IMG/VR virus record: IMGVR_UViG_3300048881_000221 | Location: 1-38,661 of that record | Source of the DNA: a virus | Lineage: Duplodnaviria > Caudoviricetes | Direction: 5' to 3' (one strand) | Length of the DNA stretch: 38,661 bases | Shown here: one piece after another, positions 9,420 to 16,030 of the stretch | How positions within the stretch are numbered: position 1 is the first letter of the stretch | Layout of the letters: each line of letters starts with the position of its first letter | Made by a program: the position numbers and the translations under genes | Notes under the pieces: generated by a model | The model's input: only the letters and a program-made list of their open reading frames with translations | Database searches by the model: none | What the model was told of the DNA's origin: nothing

Positions 9420-9830
9420 TTATAGATTGTACTTTACGTAATCTTCTTTACTGATACCAAGTGCTTTACAAGCTTTCTCGTCTGACTCAGATAATTCGAT
9501 TACTGGGTTTTCGCCGTCTTTACCGTTAGGCTCTGTAGTTAGTTTCTCGCTTAGTGCAAGTACTTCGTACATATCCTTACCTTCGTTAAGAGCAGTTAGC
9601 TGAGCCTTAGAGATTTTCCCTTCAGAAAATAATTTCTCGTGCTTAGCTTCTAATTCAGCTTTTTCTTTAGCTTCTTTAATTTCTTTTAGCTCTGTAGAAA
9701 GTTTAGTAATTTCGTCTTTCTGACCTTCAATTAGTTTCTTAGCTTTCTCTTCAGAAAGTTTAAAATCACTAATTGTTTTCTCAAGGTCAGACGTAATAGC
9801 TTTATGCTCATTAAGCGCTATAGTTTCCAT
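9420..9830 (-). CDS. Scaffold protein from an internal in-frame start (Mu gpZ-like), 136 aa
   Basis: AAAAGAGGTAACA-ATG at 9830 (METIALNEHK...) immediately after the protease domain. Confidence 0.7.
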   Translation of the reverse strand: METIALNEHKAITSDLEKTISDFKLSEEKAKKLIEGQKDEITKLSTELKEIKEAKEKAELEAKHEKLFSEGKISKAQLTALNEGKDMYEVLALSEKLTTEPNGKDGENPVIELSESDEKACKALGISKEDYVKYNL

Positions 9831-10652
9831 TGTTACCTCTTTTGAATTGTTAATAGTTTCTTTAAAAGTTACGATCGCGTCCATTTTTAGAAACGGTCGA
9901 TTAACTAAGCCACCACCTAACATAGTAGGGCCATGACTGACACCAGTATGCGGGTGTACATAATTCAATGTAAATTCTGGGCTAAAATACCTAAACTCTC
10001 GGTCACTCAAACATTGAGCGCCTTTAGGTGTCCATTTAACCTCGCCGAAAAGAGTAGAGCCGTCCATAGAAACAAAAACAGATTTAACCCAACCCGCAGC
10101 CCCGCGTTGCTCATGGTCATAATCTATCATTAAATCTACACCGACTACACCCTCATTAAAATTATGAGCGAATGACTGTAGCATTTCTGTAGTAATTTCA
10201 ACTTTACCGTAATTAACGTGAGTGCCATTTACGACTTTCGCTAATTCGATAATATGAGGTAGGCTACCACTAAGTTTAATAGTGTCGTCGTTTCTAAGTG
10301 ATAGAAAGACGTCGTTACACCCACCCTCTACAGCATCTTGCTTTAATACGCCTACTACGGCGTCAAGACCTGTACCAATATTTATGGTTTTCATTGTACC
10401 GTCTATAAATTCTGAGGCGTCTAGCTGTGGAATAATCCAAGCTACGCCAGAGTCCTCTACAGTTTCAACTACGAAGAAATGCTCACGAGCATATAACCTA
10501 GCGTCGTCCTCAGACGGGTAAATTTCTTTCGATAAGATAAGAGACTGAATAACCGAGTTTTTATCTACCTCATTATTCTGTAGTAGCTGCTCGACCTCGT
10601 CGATGCTTTCAAAATATTTCTTATCTAAAAGTACGTTATGTATATAATTCAT
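9420..10652 (-). CDS. Mu I-like prohead protease with C-terminal scaffold
   Basis: IDYDHE...AAGW...KWTPKG...FRYFSPEF...LVNRPF followed by a coiled coil. Confidence 0.92.
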   Translation of the reverse strand: MNYIHNVLLDKKYFESIDEVEQLLQNNEVDKNSVIQSLILSKEIYPSEDDARLYAREHFFVVETVEDSGVAWIIPQLDASEFIDGTMKTINIGTGLDAVVGVLKQDAVEGGCNDVFLSLRNDDTIKLSGSLPHIIELAKVVNGTHVNYGKVEITTEMLQSFAHNFNEGVVGVDLMIDYDHEQRGAAGWVKSVFVSMDGSTLFGEVKWTPKGAQCLSDREFRYFSPEFTLNYVHPHTGVSHGPTMLGGGLVNRPFLKMDAIVTFKETINNSKEVTMETIALNEHKAITSDLEKTISDFKLSEEKAKKLIEGQKDEITKLSTELKEIKEAKEKAELEAKHEKLFSEGKISKAQLTALNEGKDMYEVLALSEKLTTEPNGKDGENPVIELSESDEKACKALGISKEDYVKYNL

Positions 10653-12928
10653 TAATGCCCCTTACACTTATTCTCGAATACATTAAGTAATTTTTCAATC
10701 TTTTCTTTTTCACTTAGCGTAATACTTTTTCTGTCAGTCTCAGTAATCGGCGGTAATGGCTCGATCTCTGGTTTAGTTTTAGCCGCTTGTGGTACTGCAC
10801 TTAAATATGATTTACAATTATGGTGCAGCGGTGGGCTATACTGTAGAAACTCAGTATCGTTTTTAGCGAATACTCTACCAGCTAATTTCTGGCATATCGC
10901 AGCTTTCGGGTCTGAGTTAGTAAACCTAAAAGCATATATCTCTTCTAAGACCTCATCGTCGAAGAAAAACTCGTTTCTAGTTTGGTTTACTAAAGTACTT
11001 GATACGTTAGTAGCTGCAGTATTGACAGCTGGGCTATTTACATAATCAGTCGCGGCGTTAGTTAAATCTTTTTCTATAGTAGCCGCGCTGTCTGTAGTCT
11101 GCTCAGTCTGCATAAATGTAAATGCTACTCTATCTTCTAGCTCAGACGCTTGACGATCTGCAATACGGTTAGCCTGTAGAGTAATCAATTTTCTTACGTG
11201 AGCTGGTAAACTAGAGAAGTCGTTATCAGCGAATTTAATAGAGCCGTAATTATCTAGGAGAGTAAAAAACTCTTCATTATTTTTTAACTTTACGTCTGAC
11301 GCCTCTGGCACTTCTTGAGTTACTTGGTCTAGGGCCTTAGTCGACGTCGTCGTTAATGTACCCTTAAGCTGTCTTTTATATTTAGCAGTACCGCCGAGCT
11401 TGATATTATCAATAGCTCTAAGCTTACCGCTTTCTGGTAGCTGCTTATATTTTCTAACTACGTCGGCTACTAATTTCTCACCGATAAATTGTAGGTTAGA
11501 CTTCATAACCTCGTTGATAGTCTTGGCCTCTTGGTTAATGAGGCTCTTAGGGTTTTTGGCCTCAGCTAGTTTTATCTTTTCTGATAATTGTACGTCGGCC
11601 TCTGGCTCTTCTTGGTTATCGGCGGTGTCGTTGCTCGTACCGTCAGTATTATTAGAGTTATCAGTAGTATCGTCTGAATTATTAATAGCCTCATCTTGAG
11701 TACCTTGATTTTCAAGTGCTGTACCTTCAGCTTTCTTAGGTAGGCCATGCACCTTACGTACATGGTCTTCTAACTGCTCGTCTTTACCTACTACGCCCGC
11801 GTTGGTGTAGCCTGTTACGATCTCCATAAACTCTTTACCGACTTTATCAGTGATACCAGTAAAAGTAATCTTAGGCATTACTTCTAGCTCGTCACCATAG
11901 TTAAGTCTCATAAGGTTAGGCACTAACTTAGTGTTAATCGTATTAGCTATGGCCTTAGCGAATGACGCTATAACTTGTGCGAAAAATCTTTCTAGGTTTT
12001 CGCCTAATGCATAAGCACCACCATTACCACCAGTACCAAGCTCTAAGAAAGTAGCTAGGATAGCGCCCGCCATTTTCTCGTCTTCTCTCTTGATAGAATC
12101 TTCTAGTTTCATAGGGTCGAAACCGCTATTCTGGTGTAGGTCTAATTCCCACCCTTTCGGATAAGTGATATAAGCATTTTCAGCACTTGTAAAAGTGTTA
12201 AGGATATTTACAGCCGCCTTATACTCTTCGTCTTTAGGGCTGATATTTTCTGGTACTTGCAGCGTCGGCGTTGGAATAGCTGACCTTTCAATACCGATCA
12301 TTTTTAAAGTTTCAATTAGTAGCTTTCTTTTATATGGCCCGTACAATGGTCTTAGTAATGGAAAACCATTATCGTCGCCCTCACGCTCATTAAAAAACAT
12401 TAGCAGCGTATCAGTCTTTAACCATACGTCTACTTCAGCGTCGCCCGACTGCTCTTGGTGTACTTCGGTTAGGTGAGAAGTACGCGGGTCTACTCGCCAT
12501 TCAGTTATCGTAGTTTGATTACGAAATGCCAGATTAGCTAGACCTGTATAAGCGCCGAACTCACTAGAAATTTTATTCTCGTGTATAACCTCGAAGATAG
12601 AAAAGCCGTGAGCTAAGAAAGTTAATATTTCGCCTAGCTTGTGGTCGTAGTCTAGGTCAGTAAAGAAGATACGCTCCATTAAAGCCGCAGCTTCAATATC
12701 TTTATCTTCGTCACTTGCGGCCTCGAAAGACCATGTAGCAGATTTAATAGGGCTTGTGATAGCAGATAATACTTTTCTAACTTGCGGGTCGCTTCGCCTC
12801 ATCTTATTGTAGACAGTATGAGACTCTACACCAGTAAGCTCGCTTAGATATTCATTCTGATAAACTAGTGCGCTTATCGCTGTACCAGAGTTACCTTTTT
12901 CTTTAGTATTAAATGTTAATTCAGACAT
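10652..12928 (-). CDS. Portal protein (DUF935-like) fused to MuF head morphogenesis domain
   Basis: N-terminal YNKMRRSDPQV, GFSIFEVI, GFPLLRPLY; acidic linker; C-terminal C..LAGRVF...PPLHHNCKS. Confidence 0.9.
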   Translation of the reverse strand: MSELTFNTKEKGNSGTAISALVYQNEYLSELTGVESHTVYNKMRRSDPQVRKVLSAITSPIKSATWSFEAASDEDKDIEAAALMERIFFTDLDYDHKLGEILTFLAHGFSIFEVIHENKISSEFGAYTGLANLAFRNQTTITEWRVDPRTSHLTEVHQEQSGDAEVDVWLKTDTLLMFFNEREGDDNGFPLLRPLYGPYKRKLLIETLKMIGIERSAIPTPTLQVPENISPKDEEYKAAVNILNTFTSAENAYITYPKGWELDLHQNSGFDPMKLEDSIKREDEKMAGAILATFLELGTGGNGGAYALGENLERFFAQVIASFAKAIANTINTKLVPNLMRLNYGDELEVMPKITFTGITDKVGKEFMEIVTGYTNAGVVGKDEQLEDHVRKVHGLPKKAEGTALENQGTQDEAINNSDDTTDNSNNTDGTSNDTADNQEEPEADVQLSEKIKLAEAKNPKSLINQEAKTINEVMKSNLQFIGEKLVADVVRKYKQLPESGKLRAIDNIKLGGTAKYKRQLKGTLTTTSTKALDQVTQEVPEASDVKLKNNEEFFTLLDNYGSIKFADNDFSSLPAHVRKLITLQANRIADRQASELEDRVAFTFMQTEQTTDSAATIEKDLTNAATDYVNSPAVNTAATNVSSTLVNQTRNEFFFDDEVLEEIYAFRFTNSDPKAAICQKLAGRVFAKNDTEFLQYSPPLHHNCKSYLSAVPQAAKTKPEIEPLPPITETDRKSITLSEKEKIEKLLNVFENKCKGH

Positions 12929-12943
12929 TAGCTACCCTATTAT

Positions 12944-14557
12944 TTAATATTGATTTAATTTTATACGCTTTTCTATTCTTTTCATAGTATCACTTGACTT
13001 TTCTTTTTTGTTAAGTGTTTTCCCACCAGTCATACCAGAGAAAAAGCCTATGACACTTTTTCTATGACGCCCTAGGTTAGCTAAGGCCAAACTATCTGAG
13101 CTATCTGGCGAGCTATTACCTGTACGCTTTTTATAATCTTCTTTACTTTCTATAAGCATCTTACCTGTACTATTAAAAGTAAACTTAATCGTAGGTAGCT
13201 CTTCTAAATACTCAGCATCGTCGAATAAGTCTAACTCGTGTTTTATGTCTTGGCTAAGTAAATCAAACATACGCGCTTTTAGATTGACATATCGCTTTTT
13301 AATTTCTTCGGCCTCGTCTTTCTTGTCGGTGTCCATAATAGGCGACTGACCGAAATGTATTTCGATAATTTCGACTGAGCGGTCTTTTCTATATTTCTCG
13401 GCCAGCAAGTCGTATACGCCCGCGCCGATACCAGTAGCATCTACTAAGACTTTAGTACTCGCCGCCTTGCTAGCTTCAATGACATTAATAACCTCGCCGC
13501 TGACTTCGGTGACGTTTCTTTTAGATAGTGTTTTCTTTAGGTCTTGCTTAGCGCCTCGAAGACTCGTTATTACAGTATCGTCGTCACCATACCTAGCAAC
13601 GTCGACCCCGATACACCTTTCGTCTGTAGGCTCTACCTCTCTACTGATAGCAGTCTCTACGTCCTCAAGTTGTACGATTACGTTTTCGTCTACACTAGGG
13701 AAAATACCAAGGGCCTTAGATTGAAATAGCGGGTGATCGATACCCCACTTAAGAGCTGAAGACATTACCCATTGACAAGATAATAAATGCGGTACAGGCT
13801 TTTCGTATGACTCTATGTATTCCAACCTTTCAGCCTGACCCATTTCTCTTAGTTTTACTATTTCTCTTTTTAGTTTATGTAAATCAGTTATGCCATTAGC
13901 GATAAGGTTAGGAGAGTCGAAACAACTTAAATAAACATTGTACCAAGCTGGGTCGCTAAATGTTTTAAAAAACTCACTCGCCCTCGTCGTAGGGTTAGCG
14001 ATCGCAACGAATTTAACTATCTTACCTGACGTTAATAAACCTTCGGCCATTTTCCATATATCAGCTGGTATACCTGTGGCCTCGTCGAATATGATTAAAA
14101 TGTAATCAGCGTGAAAACCTTGAAAGCTAGAACCTGACTGCTCTTTACCTTCGCCGCCCGCTTCTTTCTGAGGACTAAAGCCCATGATATACCACTCAGG
14201 GCCTATCTGTAATTCAGTCGTAAGTAGCTTACCGCCTAGTGGGTGCTTACTCTCTTGGTATGCACTATGAAGCTCACCCCATAAAAGCTTTTTAACCTGT
14301 CGCCCTGTAGGTGCTGTCGTAATTACTTTACTGTTTTTATAAACTGTACCAAACCACAAGGCCACTCGCGCCATAGTCCATGTCTTACCGACTGAGTGAG
14401 TCGCGGCTATTGATACCCTAGGGTACTTAGCGATAGGCTCAAGTATTTTATCTTCTTGGTATTTCTCTAAACTCTCTACACCAAGTACGTCTTTAAAAAA
14501 GACCTTAGGCCCTTCAGTACTCTGTAGCTTTTCGATAAAGTTTTTCTCATTAGACAT
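12944..14557 (-). CDS. terL: Terminase large subunit
   Basis: Walker A HSVGKT, Walker B LIIFDEA, ANPT coupling motif, nuclease GVDVARYG.D and SPDSSDS. Confidence 0.95.
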   Translation of the reverse strand: MSNEKNFIEKLQSTEGPKVFFKDVLGVESLEKYQEDKILEPIAKYPRVSIAATHSVGKTWTMARVALWFGTVYKNSKVITTAPTGRQVKKLLWGELHSAYQESKHPLGGKLLTTELQIGPEWYIMGFSPQKEAGGEGKEQSGSSFQGFHADYILIIFDEATGIPADIWKMAEGLLTSGKIVKFVAIANPTTRASEFFKTFSDPAWYNVYLSCFDSPNLIANGITDLHKLKREIVKLREMGQAERLEYIESYEKPVPHLLSCQWVMSSALKWGIDHPLFQSKALGIFPSVDENVIVQLEDVETAISREVEPTDERCIGVDVARYGDDDTVITSLRGAKQDLKKTLSKRNVTEVSGEVINVIEASKAASTKVLVDATGIGAGVYDLLAEKYRKDRSVEIIEIHFGQSPIMDTDKKDEAEEIKKRYVNLKARMFDLLSQDIKHELDLFDDAEYLEELPTIKFTFNSTGKMLIESKEDYKKRTGNSSPDSSDSLALANLGRHRKSVIGFFSGMTGGKTLNKKEKSSDTMKRIEKRIKLNQY

Positions 14558-14564
14558 AAAAAAG

Positions 14565-14594
14565 ATTTTACATACGTGTTTAACATAATGACAA
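14565..14594 (-). promoter_or_regulatory. Predicted terL promoter with operator in the spacer
   Basis: TTGTCA-18-TAAAAT ending 7 nt before the ATG; the spacer contains TGTTAAACA. Confidence 0.6.
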
Positions 14595-14629
14595 GAAATA
14601 TAACTACGAGGTCTTGATATTCTACTGTA

Positions 14630-14650
14630 AAATTAAACTGAGTTTAATTT
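14630..14650. promoter_or_regulatory. Perfect palindrome upstream of the peptidase gene
   Basis: AAATTAAACT-G-AGTTTAATTT. Confidence 0.5.
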
Positions 14651-14669
14651 CTGTACATGGACGTAAAGA

Positions 14670-14957
14670 ATGACCCTACCTAAGAGCGTTAAAATATTCG
14701 GTTTAAAATTTAAAGTTAAAGTCACTAAGTTAAATGGTTACTTAGGTTTATGCGATCGCCTAACCAATACTATCTATATCGAGGCTAATCAATCTGATAA
14801 AGATAAGCTGCATACCCTCATACACGAAATAGGTCACGCCGTATTCGGCCGCGTTGGATTATGTCAGGGTATCAGTCCAGAGATAGAAGAGGTCATAGTA
14901 GAAAACATGGCCACAGCTATAATAGAAAATAATCTAATAGAAATTAAAGCGCCTTAA
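14670..14957 (+). CDS. Small HExxH zinc metallopeptidase-like protein (ImmA/IrrE-like fold)
   Basis: YLGLCD....IYI...TLIHEIGHAV...EEVIV; antisense between terS and terL. Confidence 0.8.
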   Translation: MTLPKSVKIFGLKFKVKVTKLNGYLGLCDRLTNTIYIEANQSDKDKLHTLIHEIGHAVFGRVGLCQGISPEIEEVIVENMATAIIENNLIEIKAP

Positions 14958-14960
14958 CTA

Positions 14961-15075
14961 CGTTACTTGTAGACATAGAGACGCGGCTACACCTTGGAAT
15001 GGTTTAACGACCTTCGTTGCTCACAGGATACGCCGACCGAGCCGTTAAACTCAGCACGTAGTCTGCACTGTAATG
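14961..15075 (+). ncRNA. Candidate rod-like structured RNA
   Basis: Nested stems 14961-66/15070-75, 14968-74/15061-67, 15001-09/15043-51, 15012-19/15034-41. G-U pairs favour the + strand; no sizeable ORF. Confidence 0.45.
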
Positions 15076-15090
15076 AAAAGACGGTCAGCG

Positions 15091-15609
15091 CTAACTATGA
15101 TTATTAACCAAGTCTGTTATAGAGTTTACCGTTACATTCCCTGATAGTTCAAGTCTTTCTCTCGTAGCGCCTGTATGTTTGGCCAGCATTTCTACAGCTT
15201 TCTCTTTACTGAAAACTTTAAAGTTAACTATGACAGTACCGCGCTTAGTTTCACTCATAGAAACCTCGGTGCAATACTTACGAATATGTTTAGGAATAGC
15301 TTTAAATTCTTTTAGCTCTACACCACTCTTACCAATGGCCGCGAAGTCTTCTAAGTCTAGCTCAGCCGCGCCCTTGAGATATTCTATAACATAGGTCGAG
15401 TCTACATTAGCCCGCTCGTTTCTTTCTCTTAGTATTTCGTCTAGGCGAGCTTTCACTTTAACTTGTGATAACAGCCTCGAACCAGCCGCACTAGCAGTCT
15501 CTACATTCTTTTTAGTACCATAAGCGTACTGATAAGCTCGTGAGATATTAAAATCTGACACGTAGCTCTGTAAAAATTTTTCTTGTTTCTCTACTAATTT
15601 CGTAACCAT
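15091..15609 (-). CDS. terS: Terminase small subunit
   Basis: KQEKFLQSY..DFNISRAY..AY...ASAAGSRLL; KEKAVEMLAKHTG. Confidence 0.92.
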   Translation of the reverse strand: MVTKLVEKQEKFLQSYVSDFNISRAYQYAYGTKKNVETASAAGSRLLSQVKVKARLDEILRERNERANVDSTYVIEYLKGAAELDLEDFAAIGKSGVELKEFKAIPKHIRKYCTEVSMSETKRGTVIVNFKVFSKEKAVEMLAKHTGATRERLELSGNVTVNSITDLVNNHS

Positions 15610-15615
15610 AGGATA

Positions 15616-15644
15616 AGTTTAATAGAATGTTAAACATTTAGCCA
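15616..15644 (-). promoter_or_regulatory. Predicted terS promoter with palindromic operator
   Basis: TGGCTA-17-TAAACT ending 6 nt before the ATG; the spacer holds AATGTT-A-AACATT (15626-15638). Confidence 0.55.
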
Positions 15645-15673
15645 GAGTTAACTACGAAAAACTCTCAATTTTG

Positions 15674-15999
15674 TTATGACGCATAGCCAGTGCCTTATCT
15701 TTTGCTTACTCAGAACTTTCTTTTTATCACCCCCTCTTTAACCTCGATAGGGTGGGCTTCTCGCCTTTTTCTTTTATTATATAAAAATATAAAAAGATAA
15801 GTCACTTAAGTCACCTAAGTAATATTATTAATAACTTAACTGTAGTTTTTGGTGACTTATGGGGTGACTTATGGGTGACTCATGTGACTCAACTTTTCGG
15901 GGTTTTATGACGCGAGCGCTCGCGCATATAGTATTAAATTCATACCATTATTTTATGACGCGCCGAGGGTGCTTTTACTTTTCAAAAAAGATAAGGCAC
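15674..15999. repeat. Iteron cluster; probable replication origin (and/or pac region)
   Basis: TAAGTCAC x2 (15798-15814), AT-rich spacer, inverted (G)GTGACT(T/C)A x4 (15851-15891), TTATGACGC x3, and a 14-bp inverted pair 15690-15703/15986-15999. Lies just 3' of the primase-helicase gene. Confidence 0.75.
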
Positions 16000-16030
16000 C
16001 TCACGCCGCATTAAGTAATTGTTTTTAGGT

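Noticed and set aside
8064-12928. Transposable Mu-like phage
   Set aside because: Only the head genes are Mu-like; there is no MuA/MuB and the phage encodes its own replisome.
14961-15075. tRNA, SRP RNA or intron
   Set aside because: No cloverleaf or T-loop, no SRP domain IV consensus, and both flanking genes are complete.
15797-15892. Mini CRISPR array
   Set aside because: Repeats are 8-10 bp with 0-2 bp gaps and no spacers, so they are iteron-like.
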